This document shows, piece after piece, positions 42,860 to 55,000 of a stretch of DNA of 64,000 bases (within the stretch, counting starts at the first letter, position 1; every line of letters starts with the position of its first letter). Both the position numbers and the translations under genes were made by a program. The notes under the pieces were generated by a model, which did no database searches, was not told where the DNA came from, and saw nothing but the letters and a program-made list of their open reading frames with translations. This DNA comes from Phoronis australis (lineage: Eukaryota; Animalia; Phoronida): the NCBI GenBank assembly GCA_002633005.1, contig NMRA01000052.1, positions 62,001-126,000 on the forward strand, in the 5' to 3' direction.

Positions 42860-45800
42860 TTTGCTGCAAAAATCAAACTAACGCTTGCGGACAAACAAAA
42901 CGTTTTTCCGCTCCGTGTATGACAGTACTCTAACATGACAAAAGGTAGCGCTAACGAATGCCTATTGGGCACTGGCCAATGACATACATGTAAATACATG
43001 TAACTCACTGGCATTCATTGATTGACTTATTGATATGGCCCGAGCACAAAAATAATACACTATAATATAACGCTATACAAAGACTGACAGAGGCAGACAC
43101 GGATAAACACTAAAAGTAAAGATATCAAATAAGACCAAGGTACACATTGAAAAAACATGTGATAACATAAAATTGAGGCCAATCTATGTTATGGATACGA
43201 AATAAGTATATGGGTGACTTATTTCCACCCCGCTTAACTTTAAATTACTAGAAATTTGTAATTCAAGTTCATTGTCGTTGTTCGTAATTTTTTTTTCTCA
43301 GTGACCTGAGTCATCGCCGCGCTCACCTACACTGGGAGTTTAAACTTGTCCATCTTTATTAAGTTGATGACTGAGAAAAAATTGAGGTTATACTTGAATA
43401 GAAACTCGCAAAAACAGAATCACCGTTGCACTTTTATTTTAAAAACTGAGCCTCGTGTCAAATATTTGGCAGTCCTAGCCCCGGCGATCACGTGATCTGG
43501 TGTTCCTGTGCTAGTGCGGAGATAGCGGCCTTTTGACGTACTCACGCCGGCCGCCAACACCAGCACCGTGATCGACCACCAGCACCATCGTCACGGTGAA
43601 CACTAGCACCATCGCTATCGTGAAAATGTATTTTGTTTTCCAATATTTTCAGTTTTCAATACTGGCTTTTCCCAACCTTTTTATCCACCAATACCACAAC
43701 CAACTGTTCCGTGGCTGCGATAGAGCTGCAATCTCAGCGTCAGGAGGTTAATTCTAGCCTGTAGTCGAGCATATAGCACAATGCAAGCTGCAATGAGAAG
43801 ATTTGGAGAAACAGTGGATGCCATTCATATAAAACAAATTGTTGCTTTCTTTGCACCAAAATGAACAGAACAAACGCCATACAATCATCAAATCTCGGAC
43901 AGTTGCTATACGCTAGGGTTCACAGTACGCATTCATCGTGACTAACCTTAGATCCTGCCGCCCATGCGTACTAGGCCTACTACACAATTTTCTGGGATCT
44001 TGTGCGGGCCGGCACGATAAAAAGCCAACCGTGGTCTGACGTCGGCTAGAGGCGTTTGTTGCTTTACGTAACCAAATGCAACTGAACTGGAATTTTAATA
44101 GTTACGTTGTTCCCAAAATACGTACGAGTGTTGAATCGATAAAGATCTCTGCCGATAAGGATCGGAAGTGTGTAAACAACAGTGCGGCATATTATAGTGG
44201 CATTCATGGTCGAATACAATATGGAGAATAATTCGGTCACTAGAATACAACAGCCCCAACGAAACTCCGATGTTTGGAGTAAGTCAGGTTAAAGGCACTG
44301 AATCGTAGGATTGAACCGCATGTGATACAGAGGTCAAGCAGAAATCGTTGCGTTGTGATGAGTCTGCATAACGACTGTTAATGATACCGGCATCACAGTG
44401 TTAATAGAGGCCCACCTATAACATGGACTTTTGATCCCCATTGCAAACCATAAACAGGGTGTACTTATCTTATTGCGTGGCCGTGGTACCACAAGAAACT
44501 AAAGACGTAAAGCAAGACGAATGTTTTTCCATGGCAATGCTCTAGTGTCCGTGTTCTACCGCCGGAGGACGACAGTTAACAAGCCCGGTAAGTTGCCAGT
44601 TGCTTTGTATAATTTACTCAAAATTATTTGCTTGCAACGAATCCAATAAAGAAAAACAGAGATAAATTTCTTTAAAATGCGCGCCATTATCATCTATACA
44701 TTCTAATAGACGCATTACAAATATATGATTTTTATAACACTAGGTACTTGCAAATTACAGAGTACTACACCAAGATTAGAAGCTGCATACCGTTAAAATC
44801 GAATTAGACACTTAAATCAAAACAGACCGTGCATATATTGATGTTATGAGAACAGCATCGTTTCAGACTGCAGTTTCAAGCTTTGAACCTCAGTAGGAAA
44901 TGGGATTTAGAAACTTTAGAGTCGTTGCCAAAATTTCATTTTACGAACTAAAGACACGTCTACAGCCATTATGTTTTTGCTGGTAGAAAAAAACTCTTAT
45001 TTATCTTCCGTATTCGTTTTGTAGATTTTAAATCTATTTTGTACCTACTGAGCCAGACACAACGTGGATCTATTTACGTGCATGGCTATCCAGTGTGAGA
45101 TTTTTTTCAAACCCAGCAAAATTTAGAAACCAATATAAATAGTAAATAGATATTGATAATTTCATTTTTATACACAGAACATTATAGAACATTAATTTTC
45201 TCTTTATTGTAGCTAGCCCTGTACGGAAGCCTCACGAAACATCAACTACATACTAAAGGGCCAAATTCAGCAGTGAATTCTAAAAGTATCTGACTCCGAG
45301 AACTTTAAAAGCTTTAGAGACGGACTGTTTTTACGTAGTCAACCACGTTTTTGCATCTTTCTCTCTGACAATGGCTGACTGTGTAAGCTCCTAATCGGGT
45401 TTGATTTGCTTTTGCCGATATCAGTTTTTGACGTTTTGGAATGTGACGTCATTCTTGTTTTTTACCGACTTTGTACTGAGATAAAATACCTCCGAGGTTT
45501 TCTATGCTAAACATCAGTTATTGAAAATATATTTTCTATAATAAACATATAAAAATATAAAATATTAATCGACAGAGGCAGACGGAACAAGGCCCGCGCA
45601 GACTGCGGCTCCACAGAAACTGAATCTTACAGCCAAATGCTAATTCACGCCATACGTGTAAGCATGCAATTTCCAAGTGGTCTGAAATCAAATTAACCTA
45701 GCCCTTGAGCGCAATGTAAATTGTATCGATGTCCGATGAAACTGGATCAAAACGCCTGAGTGGGAAACAGCGTAAAGAACAAACGATAACAGGAAGTGTG

Positions 45801-46337
45801 CTACCAAATGTCAATAGATTACAAGATAAACACATATGTCTCTGGCATCGAAATTGAAATGACAGAGTGGGGCAGTCGCAATTTGCTTGTGGGGGGAGGA
45901 GGGCGCTTAAATGTACAAATGAGCTCACGCCTCACGGCATTCTAGCAACGGTGGAGAGCGGCTGAAATTTATGGCATCTACTCCGCTGTAAGATAATCGT
46001 GAGTTTTATAGATTTTCCATCTACCTGACTTCCTTTCCATTGTTGTTATAGGCTGAAAGCTTGGCATGCGATTATTTTTACTAAAATACTCTCCTCTTTT
46101 GCGTCTTGGGCAGAAATAAAGCATTTATATAAACCTAAGCCCTAGATCAGGTTTTGTTCAGAAAATCACCTCATTTCGAAAGAACTCCCCATGGTTGTAC
46201 ACATAACGTACACAGGTCTGTACTGTGACTTACAAGACTATAAACCTAAACCATATTTACATGTACATCGGGAATTAATAAGCCTCAGGGGTGCATTCGG
46301 AAACACCAAAACATTTTTACCGTCCTGTTAGCCAAAA

Positions 46338-46645
46338 CAGGGGCGGATTCAGGATTTTGAGTTAGGGAGGAACAGGGCACAGGAATAATCAGAATTTCGC
46401 CACATGCGCGCGCCCTGCCTAAAATGTAGGGATGCAGGGGTCTCGAATTTTTGGGTTTGTGGACCTTATTACTAAAAAAAAACGGTAAACGGGTTTGTTC
46501 AAGGCCTATGCATTGTGCATTCGCCCCTCGATCCCCTTGGTGCGCGCATATGCTAGTCAGCAGTTCGCATCCCGAACTACCAAATGGTATGTGGGAGAAT
46601 TTCAGGGGGGCATGGCCCCCTGCCCCCCCCCCAAATCCGCCACTG
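46338..46645 (+). mobile_element. Composite MITE: CAGGGGCGGAT-type host containing a nested CATGCGCGC-type element
   Basis: Ends CAGGGGCGGATT…AATCCGCCACTG; nested insert ~46403-46552; inverted copy at ~54055-54319. Confidence 0.7.
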
Positions 46646-48314
46646 CAAAAGTACTTTCACTGGAAACAGGGTCCCTGTGTTCGAAAATGCATCTGGAAGT
46701 AGGTCGTGATTGGTGTTGCAAAATGTATTTCCAATCATCAGAGACAAGAAGACGTCTAAAACAACTTTACTGGTGGTTGAGTGTAATGAAGTCTTGTTTC
46801 TTAGCTGACACTCGCCGACACTGTTCATTTTGGGTACCCTATCAAGTCGAAGAATAAAAACTCGTGACTCCAAACTCGTGGGTGAAATCCCTGATAATAG
46901 TTAAGTAACTTCAACAGTTACAAGTTAATACTAGGTATATTGAAATTTCGTCTTAAACTTTTAAAAGTTATGCATTCAAAAGTTCCCAGCCCGAATAAAA
47001 CTATGAAGTGCTCACAAGTTAAAACAATAATGCAAGTGGTCTTATATACGTTGCATCAGACGTGTACGGACAATTTTGCCGGGCCCATTGCACGAAACAC
47101 CTCAAAACACTTTCTCGTTTGCTAACATAAACTTACGTGTGCACGAATTAAGACCGAGCTGGGGAGCTGGAGAACTAACTCAAGGGTCAAGCAGAGGGGT
47201 CCAGTGGGATTTGAACCCCCCTATGGAGTGCGCCGCCTATGTCCATAGGCAGTGCAGCACTGAAATAAGAAGGGCTATAGCCCCCCCCCCCCCCCCCCAG
47301 TCCTCTATATGGTGTGCCGCCCATGATAGGAGGCGGACACTCAGCTCATTAGGCCCCACTGCCTCCGCAAGTTTCTAAGACCAAACAATCTTGTAAAATA
47401 TTTTAAAGGCTGTTACATCGTGTATGCTGACTGAAGCGTTATCTACATTTATCACTCTGCCATTTATAATTTATTGGACGCCAGGTGACACACCTACCAA
47501 CGGTGATCTGGAGACCGTTCCGCAACGTACGGTACCCGCGAGACTAGCTGAAGTGATCACGAGCTTTGCAAGTAATGCATGGCGATATCTGGCGTGATCT
47601 TACTTTTCTTACAAGGAACTTGCTCTGCAAAACGCAGCCCTGGTCTCGGTGACTGGTGAAAATTGTTCTCACATTTTGATAATAAAGTGCTACATAAACA
47701 AGCTCATTGCTTTGTGAACTGCAAATGAAAACAACCAACCATTTTTCTGCGACGCTCATGGCATGGGGTGTAGATCTTATCTCGTATACACGAGGGACAC
47801 AATTAGCGAACACAAATAATACAAACAAACCACCTGCATGCATGAATTTCCCGTTTCAACGCTTAATTGTCCGTGTACAGCCGTGCCAGGGTGCCAAGGG
47901 GCATGGGGTCCGCTATGACAAGGATTTCAATGAGAAAGATATGTTATCCATGGTAATGAACACCAAGAGTGTCAAAACTATACATTTGAACCATGGGCGA
48001 CGCTAAAATAAGTGGGCTATAGCCACCCCCTCTCCCAGCCCCCTATGGTGCACCGCCTATGAGACCATTGGCGGAGCTGCACTNCTTCAACAATGCTGAC
48101 GTTTGCCCCAAGTCCTATATGGCCGCCGTCTTCATGGCTGTCGTGAGAAAGGTCTATGTCAATATCACAGCTTCTAAACAAACCAGAGCTGTCATTTCAA
48201 TGGCTGAACTACCATTTTCAGGACGCTATCAAAGCTACACTCATTCAAAATGCTGACTAGATTGTTCAATTTTACTGAAAGTTTTACACTTCGGCTTTCA
48301 TATGGACTCAGCTC

Positions 48315-49162
48315 TTGTGACCAGGACATGTTGTCTTAGAGCTCCAGGAGGCAGCCGAGCTTGACACTTCCTGCCACATATGCTTGCAGAAGAAGTGTCA
48401 TCGCAGTTCGCTGATGGTGTTGATGTAAATCCCTTCGGTGGAAGCCAGAGTGGCCGACACAGATTCAGTCACTTCCCCTCTGTTGAAAGCACTGACTGCA
48501 GGGAACAGATAACATCTTCATGTTGACTCACAGCCATGTTGCTTTGCCTGTACGAGAGATCCGTCTTGTGTAGTCAACGACAGTGAAAACATAGAAGGCT
48601 GGTAAAACCTGCGATGTTTCTGCCTCTATGACTAACCATCTTAGCTCTATTAGGCCCATAAACCCGGAGGCCATGGAAGTAGACTTGGTTTTCTGCAAAA
48701 AGCCCCGCCCATCAACATAACGCATTCACGGCCACTTTTTCGAGAATAGCAATGCGTGGCGATATCAAGAACGCATTCACCTAAAAATTATGGTACTCAA
48801 AGTGATTTTGTTCCAGACGCCGACGAGCCCAGAACGAATTATCATCAGTAGTTAAACCTGACCAGAACCATCCCCAATAAAACAGAAAAATTCAGTCACT
48901 TAGGTGTCAACTGTCACTGAATCTACTCTTATTTTGGTAATTTTAGTTATTAAAATAATAGGTTATTAGAAAGCTGAGAGATTGACGAAAACCCCACGGC
49001 AGCCATTTTGTAAAATAAAGATGGCGTCCATAGAGGACTCTGGGGATGGAAACGTCATTTTTATGATTAATTATGCTATAAGGTTTCCAAAAATGCATAG
49101 TTTTCATATCCTCCCACTAAAAGACAACGAACGCTAAAATCTAAGCATAGGAAACATGACTA
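48315..49162 (-). mobile_element. Decayed Academ-like transposon fragment (XPG/PIN-like nuclease region plus one terminus)
   Basis: Minus-strand peptides LPAFYVFTVVDYTRRISRTGKATWL, ISELR*HFFCKHM and RLPPGALRQHVL (with stops and frameshifts) resemble the FHAFTG.D…GK / LR..LF.K…LPPT..AL..H motifs. Putative terminus TAGTCATG… ends at 49162. Confidence 0.55.
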
Positions 49163-50256
49163 AATTGTAAATAGTTTGAAGTGTCCGTTTATTCATTAGT
49201 GAAGTGTTGTCTATTACATTTGGTCTTAAGTATTATTAATATTTTTATTGATGCTAACAGTTAATACTGTTCTGCTGGATTACCGTTTGGTTTCTTAGAT
49301 CTTCGGGAACCTCTCATCTCCTTTGATGGGATGTTGACTCTGATGAGTCGAGGGAACTATTCAGACCAGTCACTGTAATTACGATGAACATTCCTGGATG
49401 GCTCAAGTTCTACATTTTATTATCATCATCATCGTCATCGTCATCATTATTATTAGTCCTTCTTTTGTAATTGTTGATAATATCGTTTTCGTTATTGTTA
49501 TTATGCTGATACCTTATTTCATTATCACGTGACAGGATTGATGGAAAGACAAAGGGACGAGCGTTCTTTCAGGGAGAGATTTCAGCTTGACTATTGATAA
49601 ATCTGAAGGTTTGCAGAATGAAAATAAAACCAATACAGAAAAACAATAGAAAGAATGAACGATTGGCAGAAACAATGAATACGCATGTGCGAAACGCTAT
49701 TTTCTTTGAAGCAAGATTCCCGATGGAACCAGTTTCGTTCACATCTTATGGTCCCTCACGATTACAAAGCTGTCGGTGGTGGCCAATTTCTTGAGGCTGT
49801 TTCATGCCTCTGGAGTTTGTAACTATCTTACAACAACAATCTCCAAGCCCAGCCTCAAAACATACATTTATCGTTAGTTTTGAGATCAGTGCTAATAAAT
49901 CATCTGTAATCTTTAATTTTATTTATTTAAGACGATGAGAAGCGGAGTCTTGTTGCGGTCTAAACCTTAGAAATAACTAATGGAAACCAACCAAATCGCG
50001 TTCCAGAACCGTTCAAGCATTCAGATATGCTCGCAACACGCTTACACTGCATTGTATAGTACAGGTATCCCACATCCATCTGATTCAGCAAAGTCACAAC
50101 TGATTCAAAACAGCGGCAGAAATAGTTTACTTAGGAGAAACGGTAAAATTCCGTTCATAAAACCATCATGGCGTTTTCTTGAGAGTTGCGAGTTTAAAGA
50201 TGGTTTCTTTACTTCTCTTCTTTACACTTCACACTCGAAGTCGAGTATTCCGACGT

Positions 50257-50427
50257 GGTTTTCATTCATTCCCTTGCATACATTCATTCACGTAGTAGTA
50301 AGACCGAGCTCAGAGGAGTAGGTGACACTTTTGTGCAATTCTCGATTGTCTGCCAGTAAAGCTAGGATTCGAACCCGGGTCTCCCAAACGGGAGTCCGGA
50401 GCTCAAACCGCTAAGCCACACTCTCTC
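50257..50427 (-). mobile_element. tRNA-derived SINE copy (same family as 63361-63505)
   Basis: Minus strand TGGCTTAGCGG…GGGTTCGAATCC followed by GAGCTCGGTCTTACT…TGCAAGGGAATGAATGAAAACC. Confidence 0.75.
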
Positions 50428-51449
50428 AGGGAACACCAAGTACATACTTAAAGGCAGATTTAAGGGGTATAGAGTGCTGTAGCCCCCCCCCCCCTTGTGG
50501 TAGCGACCACCGAAATGCTGTTTTTAATAATACGAGATCAATTTTTCGTCAAAAGTTTTGGTGGGACCATGCCATATTCTAGATCCCCCAGCCTAAATAA
50601 GCAACACCGACGGCGGGCTATTTGGCTTTATTATTTGTACGACATTAACATAGAAGTATTTTACCCTGGGCATAGATGACAGTGGAGCCAACAGTTAGCG
50701 AAATCCATTTTTCGGTTGGTCTTCGTAGTAATTATTGTACTCCTACACGCCAGGACATCTGACACTGAGGTTTCTGCAACCAGCTTTACAGTAAGCGAAA
50801 TTTTATGGTAATTTCTCATAAAACAGTAAATAAAGAAACTTCGTATTTTTTCCAAATAGATTACAACCCATATTAGCGCAGACATTGAACCAAGATCACG
50901 CTCAGTGATCGACCATTTAAAGATTACTTATCTATTCTTATTTTGAACTACGGTTTGAAGCTGTAGTCAATACCTCGTGTGGAGTTACGGTGGGCATTTA
51001 TGTGTGGTTGAGGAAGAGAGTTTCAACACCACAACAGGCCGGTAAAGGCACCTTGACCGAGGTAACAACGTAGGTGATTAAACAATAATTTCGCTACTTT
51101 TAGCGCTGACTTATGTGTACGAGAGTTTCCGATGGTATTCAATAAGAAACTCCTATTTAGTGACTGAAAACTACAAGGAAAAACAAAGCCAGAACTTTTA
51201 CCCATGTGTCGCCATTTGGCGAACACAAAGTCTTTTTGGAAAGCGAAACAGTTATTTCAGAGTAAAACAGAACAGTGGAAATGATTTAAATGACAGAAGA
51301 TGGTTGATCTGCTAATCCCCGTTCATTTGTTTATCTACATTAGAAAACATTGGTCTGAGCGCAAAAAACTGGAATCCCCATCTCCCGAGTCCCGTTCTAA
51401 CTGGTAATGAACCTTTTAACTAAAAACGAAGTTATCTCATTGCATGCTC

Positions 51450-51795
51450 TTAATTATTATTTTGATAATAATCATAATAGAAAGAAAGATAATAACAATT
51501 ATAATAATCAGATTGCTCTTCTCATTATTATTATCACCACCACCGCCATTATTATTATTATATTAATAATAATTATTACTATTGCAGTATATCCAATAAC
51601 GATAACAATACTAAACAGTATCCAGTAATAACAAAAATAATATTGTTATTACTACTACTTATACTGCAACTACTGGTATTATTATTTTCATTACTACTAT
51701 TACTATTGCTGTTATTATTAACATTATCATTATTATTATTATTACTATTATCATGTTTGTCGTTGCTTTTATTGTTGTTGTTATTGTTATTATTT
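51450..51795. repeat. Degenerate (ATT/TAC/GTT)n trinucleotide low-complexity tract
   Basis: Directly visible. Confidence 0.85.
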
Positions 51796-52029
51796 GAATA
51801 AACTCATAATTTCGTTGTTTCGAGCCTGAATTATCAATGATACGGCGTACACAATATTCTCAGGCGAGAATTTTAATTCTCAGTCAAAAATTGCGTTTGT
51901 CCCTAACTGGTGGTTGGAAGCATTTCATGAAAAAATAGTTTTTGAGATTTAGAAAAAAATCATTCTAAGATAAGAGAACTGTCCGAGTTGAAATAAATCT
52001 TGACCACGTTATCGTTTCAGGGGCAGAAT

Positions 52030-55000
52030 ATGAGACTACCTAGACGGTTGTATAGCGCAGTATCGTACACAGTGCTCGTGTTGTACAGTGTCTTCGTATT
52101 CGTTAGTGCAATAAGGAAAGAGGGGCGCTGTATGAGGCATTACTTTGTGCAAACCGTTAAGCATCCGCGGCGAGATTGTGAAACGCAGGTAAGCTGGAGA
52201 TATTGTTGTGTTGCGGAGCCATCAAATGTTCAAAGAACAGAAAAAGAGAGCGTTTCGTTGGCCAATGAGATATACCTGGCTTGCGTTCAGTAACGCTAGG
52301 ACCTGGCTAAAATCTGGCCAAAGTCGCGTGTTCTCATTCAAAATTCACGGCAATGATCTCACGTAATCTGGCGCGAAGTCTTGCTTTTAGCGAGATCCTA
52401 GAGTTACTGAACGGAAAGCTGCCTCTCGTCCAGTAACACTTACTAGGACCTTGCTAAAAAGCAAGACTTCACGAGATTACGTGAGATATTGCCGTGTAAT
52501 TTAAATGAGAACACGTGACTTTGACTAGATTTTAGCTAGGTCCTTATCAGCGTAAGTCCTAGAGTTACTGAACGGACGCCTGGCGTGCGCTCAGTAGGCC
52601 TAGATGCTAGGACCTACGCTAGGACCTAACAAAAATCTAATCAAAGTCACGTGTTCATATTTAAAATACACGGCAATATCTCACGTATTTAGCGAAGTCT
52701 TGCTTTTTAGCGAGGTCCCAGCGTTACTGAACGGGAGCCTGGTATAGTTCATTGCGTAGACAAGATCTCGAAAGACCTCGCAAAGTCACGCGAGTGAAAG
52801 CTTGCGTTTCGCGAGTATGCTTGACAGCTTTCCAGGTGTGGCCGGCAAAGTTGGAGTGTTGAGTTCTGTGACCTATTTCATTGTTTTCGTTCCATATATG
52901 ATGATTTTTCGCCGGAAGTGCAAGCTAATGTAAGTTACGGTCAACTTAGCTCACACCGGTAACTTGTGACCCATCGAAGCTATATCCGGGTATTTTTGCG
53001 TGCATTGCCATTTTCTAAAACAATTTATCACATGGCACGACATTGCGTGTAATTTAATGCAAATTTACTGCGATATAGCCCAGACTGAAAAGGCCCTCAT
53101 ATAATGCTATTGATATTAGGTGGATGATTTTAATCATGATTAGGGTGATGATGACGGTAATGAGGACGAGGATGAAGATGATGGTTATTATGAGCTCCAG
53201 TGTTCTTATAATTGTTATTATAACTACACCCCTATCTCGGCCCACATAACAAATATATAACACAAAGAGCGTACAATAAATTTTCAAATCTAATTTAATT
53301 CATATCAAGGAACTCATTTCGGCGTTCCCAGTCCACATTAATTAAATATCTAGCAACTTTTCTCAGGACATTTAAGTCATTAGTCTGTAAAAAATTTCTG
53401 AACACTATCTCTTCCACCTTATCGTATCTTGGTAAGAACAGCACTCGTATATCAGAATATAAATTGCATTCGAGAAGAAAGTGTAATTATGTTTCCACTT
53501 TCTCACTGTCACAGCAGGGACATATTCTCTCCTCTCTACAACTATTCTCACTATTATCATCATCATTAGCAATGGCCATCCCATCAAAACTGTATGCTGG
53601 ATCATCAACCTCATTGTTCTCACTACTATAAACAAAACGCCGCTCAGGGGTCTGGTCCCATAATTATTCAGTAAAAAGATTTAGATAAGTTAGAATGAGC
53701 GCACCACAGTCTAGAAACAGTTTTTACAAATTACCCGTTTCTGTTTAGACCTTCCTCTCATCATGCGTACCCCCACTGCTAGTTGTAATGACCGATATTG
53801 TTTATGCTGCCTATTGTATATAATAATAATATCACCATGTCGGTCATCAGCTTGCGCGATTTTATATGTATTCATCGATTCGGCAGTCTGTATCATACCC
53901 TTGATAAAGAGCGCAGCGCTCAAAATGTGGGAAACATTTTAACATATTTTAGTACCGACGCTCGTCATTTCATTTTTACTATTTTTTCAAATTATCTCAG
54001 AAACTAGCAGTTATATGATTATTCTCAGGAACTTTGTTCTTTTGCTCAAGTGAGATTCTCCCAGATACTATTTGGCAGTCCGGAGAGCGAATTGCTGACT
54101 AGCTCGGGGGGCGAATGCAAAATGCATAGGCCTTGAATAAACCCGTTTACCGTTTTTTTTTTCTTATTTTAGTAATAAGGTCCACAAACCCAAAAATTTG
54201 AGACCCCTGCATCCCTACATTTTGGGCTGGGCGCGAGCATGTGGCGAAATTCTGACTATTCATGTGCCCTGCCCCCCTCCCCTCCCCACCCCTAACTTAA
54301 ATTCCTGGATCCGCCCCTGCGTAATAACTGATTTTGACTTAGTCTCGTCAGTCACTGTGGAGACTTAATTACGTTCCTTAAATCTTCGGTGCCCTTTTAT
54401 CTCAAGATATTGCTGTTTTTCTGTCAATTCATCTTTATTATGAGCCCACCTATGACTAATGACATTTTCTTGTAATACAGCAGAGCCCTTATTTTATTGA
54501 AAATAGGTACTTAATCCACAAATTAAGGGCGTCGCAGGAAAAAGACCGTAATTGTTTATCATTTATTGAGAATTCAACACAGAGTTTACTTTCATTGTTT
54601 ACCAAAGCTAAAAGTTCATCAACGTAATGAACACAGCACTAGAAAGATGAATCAGTGCTTGCACAAGTCCGCAAATGTGCTGAAAATTTAGGGAACATAG
54701 TCGAGTCCTTGTGTCGTACTGAGCACAGATGTCTTTACAACGTAGTCAATTGATGGGATGAGATAAACCAAATAAAGTTAAATGAATGCAACAAATGGTA
54801 CATTCAAAGGGGAACGGTTACATTTTGTGAAGGCGTTTTTGATCAATTTGGCATACTTTATTTACTTTGAAAGGTTCTTTGAAACTTTTTATGGATTTCA
54901 TAGAAACAAAATTAATAAAGAAAAATATCCGCTAAGTGTAAGTGGGAGCAAGTGGCATAATGCAAACACTGCACGAGTCTCATCCGTCTAATCCCTCTCA

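Noticed and set aside
51407-51628. Hydrophobic Ile/Asn-rich ORF (also 53054-53287) as a membrane peptide
   Set aside because: Translation of trinucleotide low-complexity sequence.
54325-54358. Minus-strand CTGACGA-GACTAAGTC-AAAA as a hammerhead ribozyme
   Set aside because: GAAA core absent and no stem I/III partner.
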